From Mobula hypostoma (lineage: Eukaryota): DNA of 64,000 bases. The notes beneath the pieces are model-generated. The model saw only the letters and a program-made list of their open reading frames with translations. It was not told where the DNA came from and ran no database searches. This document shows, one piece after another, positions 38,787 through 52,089 of the stretch. The position numbers and the translations under genes were made by a program. The stretch lies in the NCBI RefSeq assembly GCF_963921235.1, contig NC_086108.1, positions 96,164,001-96,228,000 of the forward strand. The letters are read 5' to 3'. Each line of letters opens with the position of its first letter. The stretch's first letter is position 1.

Positions 38787-40879
38787 CAATGCTTATTATG
38801 TCAATATTTATTACTTTCTGTTGCCTTTTCCCCTTTGTATTGAAAATTTTGCTGCTTGGTTAGGATCATAAAATGGGTCTAGAAGTAGCTTAATCCAGCA
38901 TACAGATGTCATTGCAGCAGCACTTGTAATTATTGGTGGACACAATGGACAGCAGCTATAATAAGAAAATGATGCAACTTTCATTTTAGTATGTCAAATT
39001 AGAAATAAATAAGTTTTTGCAACAACTTTCTAGTGTACTACAAACATTGTATTTGCATTTTAAAAAATTATGTATATTTAAAAAAATATATGGAGGTACT
39101 GTCAGAGAATCATCGACAAATTGATGCCTTGCATCCCATAGATGATGCACGCTGCAGTCATGTCACTCTGATGATAGAGGAAATGAATTTTAAATTGATA
39201 GAACTGCCAGTCAAGAGTACTCTGTCCTGGTTAGTGTTCCAAAACTGCTCTCATCTAAGCCATTAGACATCATTAAGATACTTTGCAGATGGTGGAAGGA
39301 CTTTCCAGAAACCGAACATGTCCAGTCCACCATGGAATATCTAACTTGCAGTAAGAACTGTGGTCAAGGACCTGGTTGAGTTTGTTTGGTATTGATAGTT
39401 GAGTGGGGGGAGGGGTTATGGGTGGTGCAGGCGATCCTTGAGTATGAGCAAGAATAATAAGGTCATGGATATGAATTCCTTTCTTTGGTCATTGACTGGG
39501 GCTTGCATGATTTGAAAGTTGCTTGCTGCTTATCAGCCTAAGCTTGGATTTTGTCCATGTCTTGCTGTGTTCAGCGTGGGCTTTTCGTTACCCACAGCTT
39601 TAAAGTATTCCCATGTTCATTTCAGTTAGCCAGATTCTAGTTTTTTTTTACTATAAGACTGCATAATGTCGGCCTTCATTAGACTAGGACTAAAACCGTT
39701 AAACCACTGAGCATTGATGCTTCACACTAGACGTTTGGCTGGGTGACAAACCTGCTGGAACACCAGTGTTGTTTGTTTCCTTCACCAAATTATTTATCTG
39801 TAAATCAAAGGTGGACCTTTCAGTTGTGTTTTAAACAGATCCAGAATTGAATTCCTCCATAAAACATTATATTATAGAAACAATTATGGAGGATACCTGA
39901 ATAAAGTTTTACCATTCTCAGTTTTATCTGAGAAGTACCACTTTGTTAAACTCATAATTTTGTGCTCCATGCTGGTTGAAGGGAGCTGGAATCATTTCAA
40001 CAACTTCTTAGAATGAGTAACAGATTTGTTTAGCTGAGTCAAAATTTATATTAAATGTATTATATTTCAGACACGCAATCTAGTTATGCAGAATGCCCAC
40101 AAAAACAAATTTGTCTTCTTTGAACATGCCAGGTATGGGCTAATGATACCACTTAAACTAAGTAATCATTATACGTGGTATTCTTTAAGCCGCAAGCTAT
40201 TATGCACAGAGTGCAGAAGCTAATGAGATAAAATTAATCTCATATTATGAAGAAGAAAATAGATTTCTTTTATAAAAGATTTTTTGTTATAATCACTTAA
40301 TTATAAGTATTTACAAATTTAGCCTGTGTCTTATGTCTTGCGCAGCAAATGTTTAGTTTTGAAGGTTGAATAACATATACATTTTGATTTAGAAGGGCAC
40401 GACTGAGGTGACACAAAATGGCAATTAAAGAAGACTTTCTTCTGCTCTGCTAAGTTGGAGTCGCCACTTTCGACAGGTTTTCTGTCCCATGGCATACTCT
40501 TAAGCCAGAGTGTAGCTAACTAGCAGGATGTATTTGTGATACAAGTCATTGAAGTCAGATAAGCAGCAATGTGACCAGTAATTGGAACAGATATCACCTG
40601 CCTCTTAGGCACAAACCCCACAAATTTTTTACCCAGTGTTGATCAAACCATGTCAGTCATTAACTTTGACAGGACAGTTCTACATGTGATCCACATTACC
40701 AATCCCGAAATTCCAGTGTCAGATGTCATCTAATGACATTACAAGTCACATCACAGAATTTTTTCAGGAATGCATTACTTCCATAAATCAAGGAATAGCG
40801 GTACGTTTTGCCAGAAATATTGAGGAGAGTGATGCAGACAAAATGGCACAGCTCTAAATTAACTGCAGGAATGGCAGTG

Positions 40880-41500
40880 CCTCAGTGTAATTTTGCATTA
40901 CTTATTGAAACTTATAGGACATGTTGATGAGGTATTTTCTAAAGCATATTGATTCTGAGCTTCTGAAATACAGGCATAGAGTATTAAAGTAGGGTGTTTT
41001 TATTAATTCTTTATAAAACTGGTGAAGTCACCAGTGAAATATTACATTCAATTCGAGTCACCACACTTTAGGAAAAGTATGTAATTCAAAAGAGGGTTTG
41101 AAAAAGATATAACTAGTGTTTTTTTCTAGAGGAGAGGGACTTTGCCCATTAAACTTGAGTGCTCAAGCTGTTCTTGCAGCAGAGAATGTTTGGAGTCAAT
41201 TTGATAGCAATGTACAACATCATCATGGGTTTGAACAAGGTAGATAAGCAGATGCTGTTCCAATTAAATTGTGCAAGGTCTGGGAACTGCAAATTTAAAG
41301 TGATGGGGTAAAAATACTGCAGGGATGTGTAGCAATTTTCATTATTTATGGAGTGCTTATGACTAAAGCTCATGTTTAAGCGTGGTGGAAGTAAAGTTCG
41401 TCAAAGCTTTTAGAGGAGAATTGGACAGGTCTGTGAAGAACAGGATTGTTCTACAAACAGCTGATATGCTAGTGGGCTTAATGACTTCATTCTGTGCCGT
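40880..41500 (+). mobile_element. Highly degenerate CR1 fragment
   Basis: aggcatagagtattaaagtaggg...tttataaaactggt...caattcgagtcaccacactttaggaaa resembles the CR1 LYKTLVRP..YCVQFWSP region. Confidence 0.5.
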
Positions 41501-41867
41501 AATGATTCTCAGCATGTTTACTTAGTTTACCCAATAGCCTATTTTACACATGTGTCCATTGCTCTCTACTTTGACACCATCTGTGCCCTAAATTCATATT
41601 ATTAAATGTTTTGCAACTGCACATATGTTATTACATCTCTCACTGAACAATGAATTGTTCTTTTATTCAGTAATTTTATTATAATGTTAAAGTTGGTAAT
41701 CATGCCAAATCTGTAATTTAAAATTGGGCATTATTTACCCACATATTTTGCCAATATCCTAGCATTAACAAAGTGGTTTGCCCTGATGGCAGACATATTG
41801 GCAATGTACTTCAACATTAAAAATCTATCTCCACAATCTGAATGAAGTAATAAAAACTTTTCCCACA

Positions 41868-42409
41868 TATTCAGTGGTCACTTTATTAGGTAGATCTGCA
41901 CACCTAATTTATTCAAATATCTAATCCATCAATCCGTGGTGGCAACTCACTGCAGAAAAGCATGCAGACATTGTCAGATGTTTTAGTTGTTGTTCAGACC
42001 AAGCATCAGAATGGGGAAGGAATGTAATCTAAATGACTTTGACCATGGAGTGATTGTTGGAACCAGATGGGGTGGTTTGAGTATCTCAGGAACTGTTGAT
42101 CTCCTGGGATTTTCACACACAACAGTTTCTAGAGTTTACGGAGAATGGTGCGAAAAGAAAAGAACGTCCATTGCGCAGCAGTTCTGTGGGCGAAATTGCC
42201 TTGTTAATGAGGGAGGTGAGAGGAGAATGGCCAGACTGGTTCAAGCTGACAGGAAGGCAACAGCAACTCAAATAACCACATGTTACAACAGTGGTTACAA
42301 CAGAGCATCTTTGAACACACAACACATTGAACCTTGAAGTGGATAGGCTACAGCAGCAGAAAACCACACTGGGTTCCACTCCTGTACCTAATAAAGTGGC
42401 CACTGGGTA
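41868..42409 (+). mobile_element. Tc1-derived non-autonomous element retaining the transposase N-terminal HTH
   Basis: TIRs tcagtggtcactttattaggta / tacctaataaagtggccactgg. ORF 41987-42337 reads LNDFDHGVIVGTRWGGLSISGTVDLLGFSHTTVSRVY...ERRMARLVQADRKAT. Confidence 0.85.
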
Positions 42410-44459
42410 TATAATGCATCAGGAGGACTAGACATAAGGACCACTCATTTGCTATGCAAATGCCATAAAAAGATCATGACATATATTAAATCAGAAATCT
42501 AAACATTGTAAAACTTTTCGTCTTTGCCAAAAAATTGTTTTCTTCCAAAAAGATTAAGGATAATTAAAACGGTCACAGTCCTGGTATTGTTTAAGCTATA
42601 AAAAACAAATAAACTAAATGTCTTTGTTGTCACAGAAATATTTTGAGGCATAATTTCAATTATCTATAACCAAGTACCGTAGCAGTAATGGTGAGATCAT
42701 GTTTTTTTTTACTGTAAATTGGCCAATGTGCTATATATCCATTAATTGGTCAGCAGCACCAAGTGACACCCACAATTGATGTTCATAGGCATAGGTGTGA
42801 TCTTGCTAAGTTATCTGTCGTGGACCACAAATTGAAGGATAGACAAAACCTCAAGATTCAAGGCTCATTGTATGAAAGAAATTACTCATCCATATTAATT
42901 ATCCAGAGACAAACACAATAGTTGCCCGCGCTAACAGCGTTTCTTTATCTGCTCCTGTTATTTCAAATGTTATGTAAATTATTCCATAATTTTGCTTCCA
43001 TTGACCTGCCCAGGAATTTATTCCCTATTCTAGGAAGAAGCTGTTTCTGTGGTGTGATTGTATTGGGTTTGCTGACCACAAAGTCTAAACTCAAATGAAG
43101 GTCTTAAGCCCTATCCAGTATAGAGAACTATGGGAGTCCTCACTTAAAGGACAAGTACTGTAACCACCTACTCTTCAAAGACAAGTTCACTTCCCTATTT
43201 TTCCTCCATGGCGAGTTTAACTGCAAGTACTCACTATTTGAGTGGTAGGTTAACCTCCTGCCTACCCACATACCAAGGAGGATATACTTCCAGGTAACAA
43301 AGTAGTTTAAACACAGTTCATTTACTTTTGGTGATACATGCTTAAATTTTCATAAAATTTTTAGAACATTTAAAACTCACAGGATTTCTATCTTATAAAA
43401 GATTTCCAAATGACTAACTATTTCTAAAACACAAACTATTTCCAAAACTCGGGTACAATTATTATAAAGTAAAAAGACATACCATTGAGTTGTAGACGAA
43501 CAGTGTCTGTTGCTGAAATCATAGGCAGAGGAATGGATTCTAGTTCACTTTGTTTTTTTGTCATTCTTTGAGATATTCCTGGACTGTTCCTAATAAGCTG
43601 GACTGCTCTCTTACATTTACTGTTTTTGTTTCTGCCACTTGGGTGACTTCACACAAATGTGATATTTCTTCAGATAACTTTTCACATAGGTGTTCTAAAA
43701 ACTTTTGGGGTCAGAGCTCCTAGATACCCACAACTTGTGCTGTGAGAGGAGGCCCTCTGAGTACACACATCTTCCAACTATTAATAGATCAGCTATTTGA
43801 TGTGCTAAGTGATAGTATTAATCTGGTCTCCACTGAGACTCATAGAGTTAGATTTTAAGGAGCACTCTAAAAGAAAACAGATGTAAAGAGCGTAACTAGA
43901 TTCATGTCTACATGTTGAATGTGGTGATGCTTTAAAGATCTGAATTGGAGAAGCATAGGCATCTTGGAGGGTGTAGGGCTGTGAGAGACGGCAAAGATGG
44001 GGATCAACTATGTCAAATAGGGGCAGGGTGATCAATTATTTTTAAATAGGTTAAAAATCTTAAAAGTAAACCATTGCTTAACTCTGAGTCAACTTGAGTT
44101 GGTGAATCTGAGTGTTGGGGTAATAGGCAAGCTACGGCTGCTGAATGTTTGGGTTAGGGTTAAGATGGACAACTCTAGTACTTAGTAGTTAAAAAATGAC
44201 CTTCAGTTTACAGAGGGGAGAACAAAGGGCCCCAGTCAGAAGTACATTGAAAGGATCAAGTCTAGTGATAACAAAGGAAAAGTTGAAAGTTTCAGTAGTA
44301 GATGTGCACATTGTTAACAGTACTTGAATACTCCCCATCAGATAATGTACTTGTTGAGTTTGCGAATGACTCTTATGGATTTAATTCATAGTTATTGATA
44401 GGGGTATTCTAGAATGTACAGGGTAACTCTAGGTGATTTCATTCAAGCCTCTTTTTTAT

Positions 44460-45560
44460 TTATTCATAAAGTTTTTGGCATATGGGTGTCAGTGTCAAGA
44501 GAAGCGTTTATTTCACATCTCTAATTGCCCCTAAAGGTGGTATTGAGCTATATTCTTGAACTGCCGTAGTCACTTTGGTGAAAGAATCCTTGCTGTTTTG
44601 TTGGATAGCAGCCTACAGATGATGTGTTGCCAGCAGTATATTATTGTATACAGGGTCATATTATCTGTTCCAATTATACACAGCTTGGAGGGGCATCTGC
44701 TGGTGTTGGTGCTCACATGCATTTGCTGCCTCTCCTCTTTTGGAGTAATCATCAGCACCTGGAGTGAACATTGTAGATGGTGCACTTGGCAGCCATTGCG
44801 TACTGGCAATGAATCTCTGAAGTGGGTAAGATACCAGCCAAGTGGCTTCTCTCTCCTTTTTAAGAGGTGCTCGTGCAGCTGTTACCCAGGGAAATGGAGA
44901 GCATTCCAAGTTGTACTTTGCAGATATTGGAAAGGATTTGGGGTGTCAGGAGACAAATCATTTGCCACAGAAAACCCAGCCTCTGACTCACTTTGGTAGC
45001 CATGATATATATGTATGCTTGGTCTAGTTGAGTTTTTGATCAGTGGTGATCCAAAGGTTGTTGATGGTGGGAGACTTGGTGAGAGTAAGGCTATTGAATA
45101 TTGAGGATAAATACTTAAACACTGTCTTGTTAGATATTGTCCCATTGCCCGTCACTCTTATGGAGCATATGTTAGTTGTCAATTAGATCTTGTCTGAATG
45201 TTGTCAAGGTGTTGCTGCATGAAGGCAAGGGCAAATCCATTTGCTGAGGTGTTGCACATGGAATTTACACCCTACCCCTGACGTAGTGATTGGAAATGGT
45301 CAATGATAAAGCAAGTGAAGGTCGAGTTTTACACTTTGTCCTGAGTGATGCCTTGGGTGTTGACATGATTAACATTCAACACCAATACCAGCTTTCTTTG
45401 TGTGAAGTCTGACTCCAGCCAGCAGAGTTTTCACTTGATTCTGTTTTACCAGGGCTCCTTAATACTGAGGGCAGTTGTACCATCTTCACTCTTTAATTCA
45501 GCCATTTGGATTATGTAAAAGGTCTGGGGCCAAATTGTCTACGCAAAACCAAAATTGGGT
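44460..45560 (-). mobile_element. Old non-LTR retrotransposon 3' portion (CR1/L2 group)
   Basis: MECSPFPWVTAA..PLKK and LYTIIYC fragments resemble LINE RT C-termini. Related terminus (catttatt..ccatccctaattgcc-like) also at ~6290, ~24075 and ~60840. Confidence 0.55.
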
Positions 45561-46297
45561 AAGGAAACATTTATCCCTCTAAGCAATTGGGTTGTTTTAT
45601 GGTCAAATTTTCTTTAGTCTTAAGAGTTTTCCTGACGAACAGGTGGCAGTTGAAGTTGAAAAGATTCACTGTAGATGTATTAAGCTTACATAAGTTTGAA
45701 ATTTAAATTTGTATTATTGTAGGCAGCTCGAAGATATTTGTGTCAATTCCCCATTTTTTTTGGAAAATGCATACACCAGTTCTGCTGAAGTTATAATTTA
45801 TGTTTATGATCTCTGAGCAAGCCAATTAAACATTCCAGATGTTTAAACAAATGACTGTCTTGTTTCTTCTTAAGACCAAATGACAAATTTGAATGGCATG
45901 TTGGCTTAACTTTTACAATCAAACTGTCATCATTCACTATTTTCAATTTTGTTTTAATGTAATCCTGAAACATAGAATTTGGCCTTCATCCTTTTGCTTA
46001 TTATTTTCAAAGTTATCTTTTGGTTCTGCATCATGAATACTTTCAGAAGTGATGCAAATATGATTAAATATTATTTACTTGAACCCATCTATGTAGCCAT
46101 CAAACATGATAAATTAATCATTTAAATTGACAGTGAAGAAGTAAATTTCTAATCAAACCATAAGAATTCTTTGAAATTCCTTTCCTGACTCTTTCCATAA
46201 GGTTTATTAACAGATTAGTGTTTCCATATAAATATAAATCTTTTAAATCATATAAAAATGTCATTCATTTTAATGTTTTTCTTTGTTCCAGGTTAAA

Positions 46298-46640
46298 TAG
46301 AACATAGAACAGTACAGCGCAGTTCAGGCCCCTTGACCCATAACTTTGCCAACCTTTAACATACTCCATGATTAATCTAAGCCTTCCCACCCACAAAGCC
46401 CTCCATTTTTCTTTCATCCACTCTTATGCCTATATAAGAGTTCCTTAAATGTTCCTGATGTATCTGCCTCGACCACCACCCTGGCAGCAAGTTCCATACA
46501 GCTACCGCTCTGCGTTTTAAAAAAAAACTACCTCTAATATCGCCCCCCCCCCCAATACCTTAAAATTATTCCACTTGCATTAACCATCTCTCCCCTGGGG
46601 CAAGGTCTCTGGCTGTCCTCTTGTTCTACAGTATGCTTCT
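46298..46640 (-). mobile_element. CR1 3' end
   Basis: tagaacatagaacagtacagc...aggccc tail, and tctgcctcgaccaccaccctggcagc. Confidence 0.72.
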
Positions 46641-47098
46641 TAGGTTATCGATCTAACCATTATCTTTCAACTTTGCAGACCTACTTCTGAATTTCAAAAG
46701 AAGAATTTAAAATTAGCTGACAAAAGTAAATTGTTAACAACATAGTATAGTGCTAAGTTTGACAGATTGTCACACTGAACAACATATTATCTTATCCATG
46801 AAATATTGAGTAAATAAATTGCCAAATACCTTCATTCATAGATTTTTTGAATAATTGTCTTGATTTTTGCAAATCCATTGCTTTTTAATGCCTATATCAT
46901 GAAATCTAAATGTCTTTCGCACCATAGAATTATATTTTGTTTTAACTTTTCATCAACTAATTTGAATATGACAAAAGCTCACTTTAATCTGATTTCATCA
47001 ATACTCCCATACATTTTTAATCATAACTAGTCAAAAGAAAGGCTTATTGAATATTTAAGACCTTTGTTAACTTGTTTCAAGTAATAGTTCAGTATTTA

Positions 47099-47553
47099 CA
47101 GTACTGTGCAAACATCCTAGACACATAAAGCTAGGGTGCCTAAGATATTTGTAAATCTGGTGGGAGCAAAGGATGTTGGGAATGACAGAAGTAGAGTATT
47201 ATGGGAAAGGTGTAGGACAAATGGCAGAGAAGATGTGCCCGGGGTGGGAGGTGGCACGGGTGCAGACACACTCAGCCCTGAGACACTAGGCGAGGTAATT
47301 TAATCCCAAACAATAGCTTATTGATCATTACAGAATGTCTCTGTGCTGTTACTCGCTCCCCCCTTTTCCCTGCCCCCTTCCCACTCTCGGTCCACAATAC
47401 AGACCCATATCAGAATCATTACTCACACATGTCATGAAAGTTGTTTATGTTTTGCAGCAACTGTACAGTGCAGTACATAAAATTACTAAAGTACCGTGCA
47501 AGTCTTTAGCACCCTAGCTCTCCATACGCTCCTCAGACTTTTGCACCGTACTG
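47099..47553. mobile_element. Tc1/mariner-type MITE
   Basis: TIRs cagtactgtgcaaa / tttgcaccgtactg flanked by TA (47097-47098 and 47554-47555). Confidence 0.8.
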
Positions 47554-47560
47554 TATACAC

Positions 47561-48353
47561 CAGGGATCCCCAACCTTTCTTGCGCCGCTGACCGGTCTAA
47601 TATTGACAATATTCTTGTGGACCGGCCCACCCGGGGGGGGGGGGCGCAGGGGGCGGGTGTTCAACCGTGTTCAAGTAGGGTTAAACTCACCTCTACATGT
47701 CCTTTACAGTCAGGGTCGCCAACTTTCTCACTCCCAAATAAGAGACAAAAGTAGCAGTCAAATCCTGGGACATTTACCCCAGGAAAGACTACAATGACCA
47801 TGAAGCCTTGCACGGGTACCTGTGTGCGCATGCGTGTACGTGCCAATTTTTCCCCACAAATCGGTTTTGCCTTCATCTTCCCGACTATACTGTACATACA
47901 TTATTTCTACTTTATATAGGCTGTGTATTTATCATATCATTCCTGCTTTTACTATATGTTAGTGTTATTTATTTTCGGTTTTATGTGTTGTTTGGTATGA
48001 TTTATTAGGTTATCTTTTGGGTCTGGGAATGCTCAAAAATTTTTCCCATATAAATTAAAAGTAATTGCTTCTTTGCTTCACACTATTTCGGCACGAAAGG
48101 TTTCATAGGAACGCTCTACCTTAGCTGGGGAAATGCGGGACAAGGGTGGTCCCGTATGGGACAAACCAATTTAGCTCAATATCCGGGATGTCCCGGCAAA
48201 TATGGGACAGTAGGCAACCGTATGTTCAGGTTCAACAGTGCGTGACAGGGAATGAGGAAGAGGTGCAGCTGACTCATATCGTTTCCTCATGGCCCGGTAG
48301 AACATGCTTTGTGGCCTGGTACCGGTCCGCAGCCCGGTGGTTGGGGACCGCAG
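47561..48353. mobile_element. hAT-type non-autonomous element, composite
   Basis: TIRs cagggatccccaacc / ggttggggaccgcag. 8-bp TSD gtatacac (47553-47560) / gtatacgc (48354-48361). Confidence 0.85.
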
Positions 48354-48774
48354 GTATACGCCATTTGTGAAATAACTATGGTTCACTATTTTTAAAAGAA
48401 AATAAGCAGGAAAATTCTGGAAATATTCAGCAAATCAAACATTTAAGGGGATGTTTCTTTTTCCACAGTTGCTTTCATTCATTTCTATTTTACTACATGT
48501 GTTTAGTATTTACCAAAAATAGATCTATGTTGGTCTCCATTCTCTCAAGAATCTTCTGTTTTGGTCTGTCTGCCATTCTCCACTTACTCAGCAACTTCAG
48601 AATATTTCATTTCAAAATTTATTCGGTTTTCACTTCAGGCCGTTGACCTAAAGGACGAACCGTGTATTCAAGTTTTAAACCATACTTAGTGTTGATTTTT
48701 AAGGTAGATTTTAGATTATTTATTTGAATTGCTCAGAAGTTACTAAAAGCAGATCAGTAAAAGTGAGTAACACA

Positions 48775-48947
48775 CATAAAATGCTGGAGGAACTCAGCAG
48801 ACCAGGCTGCATCTATGGAAAAGAGCGCAGTTGACATTTCAGGCCGAGACCCTTTGGCAGGAATGCTGCCTGGCCTGCTGAGTTCCTCCAGCATTTTGTG
48901 TGTGTTGCTTGGATTTCCAGCATTTACAGATTTGCTCTTGTTTGCAA
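48775..48947. mobile_element. Penelope-derived fold-back mini-insertion with 17-bp flanking direct repeat
   Basis: aaaatgctggaggaactcagcag / ctgctgagttcctccagcatttt inverted arms. taaaagtgagtaacaca at 48758-48774 and 48948-48964. Confidence 0.85.
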
Positions 48948-49599
48948 TAAAAGTGAGTAACACATTGCTCTTGTACCCAAGACTCAGACTAATTAATGTG
49001 CCCAACCAGCAACATTAAAATTATTTTTAAATAATCTGATTAATACTTGTGAGAAATTGCAGCATGCAACAAAAGTACCATTGATGGTGATGCTTTTTCA
49101 TATGCCCTGAGGATGTCAAAACAGCCAAACAAACATGTTGTTTTTCTTTTTTTAAGTCTTGCAAACTGGTTATAGAAAAGTAGCCTCTATAAATACAGCT
49201 TTAAAAAAAAATCCTGATCCAAATGTAGGGATTTATACCAGAGAATGAGAAAATGATCTATATGGGTTGGAGGGGCATAGAGTTAATCAAACTAAAGGCT
49301 TAATTGAAATACTTTATTGTACATGATTTGAAAACAGAAACTTAAAAAAAAAAGTACATCAATAACTTCCACCATTCAGGAGGCGTGAGAAAGATTCCAT
49401 TATTTTAGACAACCTAATCAACTTTATCTAGGTTCATGTTCAACAAAAGTTGTTTTATCATCAGTCTTCTGTTTTATGCTTGAAAAGAAATGACAATATG
49501 GAATGGCCAAGCTTGGGAGAAAATAATTGTACAATGAAATCTGAAGATTTGCATATTTTATTAAGCATGGAGAAGTAAGATGGTATCTCAGCCAGGACG

Positions 49600-49920
49600 T
49601 AGACACACACATCATGGAAATAGCCCTTTGACCCACTAAGTCTGCATCGACCAACAACCACCCATTTATATTAATCCTACATTAATTTCATACATTCTCA
49701 TTGAGTTGGCCTGGATCCTATCACTCACCTAGACGCGACTTCCAGTGGCCAATTAATCTACCACATCACACTTTTGAAAAGTGGGAAGAAACTGGATCAC
49801 TCGGAGAAAACCCACACTGTCAGAAGGAGATTGTGCAAACTCCACACGAACAGCACCTGAGGCCAGAATTGAGATGGGTGTTGTGAAGCCGTGGCTTCAA
49901 TAGCCGCACAACTGTGCCGC
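49600..49920 (-). mobile_element. tRNA-derived V-SINE-type SINE with CR1-like tail
   Basis: Reverse complement gcggcacagttg...ggtgctgttcgtgtggagtttgcac...tgggttttctccgagtgatccagtttcttcccac matches the V-domain core. Confidence 0.78.
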
Positions 49921-51489
49921 ATATTTTTTGGAATTATATCATCCATAATATAAGAATTCAAATTCTCATTGCATAAATTTAAACTTGAGCACCAAGTATT
50001 AAAGTATGCTGCGTAATGCTTTACTGTACTATGTAGTTTGAGTCAATGCCATGAATAGTAATTTACATTGTTTACAATGCCGTAACAGACGTAATTATTT
50101 AAAAGAAGATAGCCATCAAATTGATGTTGTCATTGAAAATTTAATGTAGAATTTCCAATTCCCTCAATGTATAGCATGTACTTTTTTGTTGTTATTGTCT
50201 TCCCATCCTTTCCCCCCACTCCCCACCAAGTGGCATTTCCTGGTTCTGTTCACAACTTCCTCAAGTTCAATATAAGTGTCCAGCTATGCAGAATTGGGAA
50301 GATTTCACCCATCAGTCTACGACTTTCCACTAGTAACTCTGAGCTGTGTATTACTACTATGGAAAAGTCCTACTTAACTGTATTACTGGAGAGTATTTGA
50401 TGGTTGTATAGGTGTAGGCTCTGTCTTGAATTGCTACAAAATACAAATTTACTTTCCTGGACCTGGTGAGTTCATTAAAAGTCTTTCTGAATTGTATCCA
50501 GCGGTTCAATACCAACATGGTTATGTCTACACATGTTTTTGATAATAATGGCAGCTTTTCCCTGTTGCTGGGTAAATTAGGTCTTTTCTGCTCCCTATTG
50601 CACTCACAAATAATTATAGTGAGGCATCTCATTGAATTTTGCTATTACCATTGTTAAGGCACCATTCATTTACTGATGCATTGTCTCTTTAAAATGTAGC
50701 TGAGATTATGAATTGAGAGTCACACTTGTTGTGACACCTAAATGAATTTTAGTCAACATTGTCTGGTCTTCCTAGCTGTGATTCACAGCTCTTAGGAACC
50801 CATTGTTCAGGGTTGAATTTTAAATTTAATCTACAATATATATTCAGATTTGAAGATTGGAGGCTGAAGTTAGTTGCTATATGTTCTAACTCCAAAAACA
50901 CCCTAACCGTATTAGTCACACTAAGGGATGACCTACAGTAATTAGGTCATAATTAATAAAAGCACATTTTGTCTTCCATTGTAATCTGTGTTGGATGGTA
51001 AGTTTCATAAATTCACATCCCTGGTGATCCAAAAGAAAAAAAAATATACGTATTGGATGCAAGAAGTGCTGGAAAAGTGTACATCAGGGATCAGCTCTCC
51101 CTGTCCCAATCCCAACTGTGATCTCTCTGTACTTGACTATATACAACTGTTCCAATGAATTTCAGCTTAAGCTTTAAAGTCTTCTCATAATTTTGTCTTC
51201 CACATTAAATAATCACTTCAGCAATTTCAAATAATCTGCAATTTCAGGATTTAAATGTAATGTTTTAACCATTCAGTTTTTTCTGCTCTTGGTTTTAAGT
51301 AATTGTTCTGTCTATATTTCCTTGAGACTGATCAATTATTATTCACTAATGTCTTTACTGTCCATATTTTCCCTGCATTATGATCTATGCTTTCTATTCC
51401 CACATAGACCTGCCCATGTGTTTTCTCTTCCCCTCCCAACTTTCTCTACATCTGGAAATTCATTGTATCTGCCTAAACATCTCATTGCT

Positions 51490-51880
51490 TTAGTAAAGCT
51501 GCCAACATAATTAAAGACACCACCCATCCCCCATTCCGGACAATCTCTCTTCTCCCCAAAATAAATCAGGCAGAAGATGATAAAAACCTGAAAGCACATA
51601 CTACCAGGCTCAAGGACAGTCCTAATCCACTGTTTTAAGACTATTGCGCAGTCAAAAAGATGGACTCCTGATCTCACGGTCTACCTCGTTATGCCTTGCA
51701 CCTTATTGTCTGCCTGCATTGCACTTTCTTTGTACTTTAGTACTTTATTCCGCGTTCTATTGTTTTTTTTTACTTCTTACGAACTCGGTGCACTGTTGCA
51801 ATAAATTGATCTACATGAACAATATGCAGGACTGCTTCTTCACTGCACCCTGGTGCGTGTGACAATGATAAACCAATACA
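51490..51880 (+). mobile_element. Rex1-type LINE 3' end
   Basis: ataattaaagacaccacccatccc...ctaccaggctcaaggacag (IKD..HP / TRLKDS), UTR ending ataaaccaatac. Confidence 0.65.
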
Positions 51881-52089
51881 CAAATTTATTTCTTAGCTTT
51901 TCCCTGTTCACATGACAATCTCAAATTTTAATTCTTCCTCCCCAAAGATGCATGCAGGTGTCCATCCATCACGCTTGTTTATCCCCCAGCCCTGCATCCC
52001 TATCAAATCTGCATATTTCCATTTCTTTTCACCCAACTATGGGTGGCTGTCTGGTGCCTTGAAATTGGATTTTCTTAAACTGCACTAGT

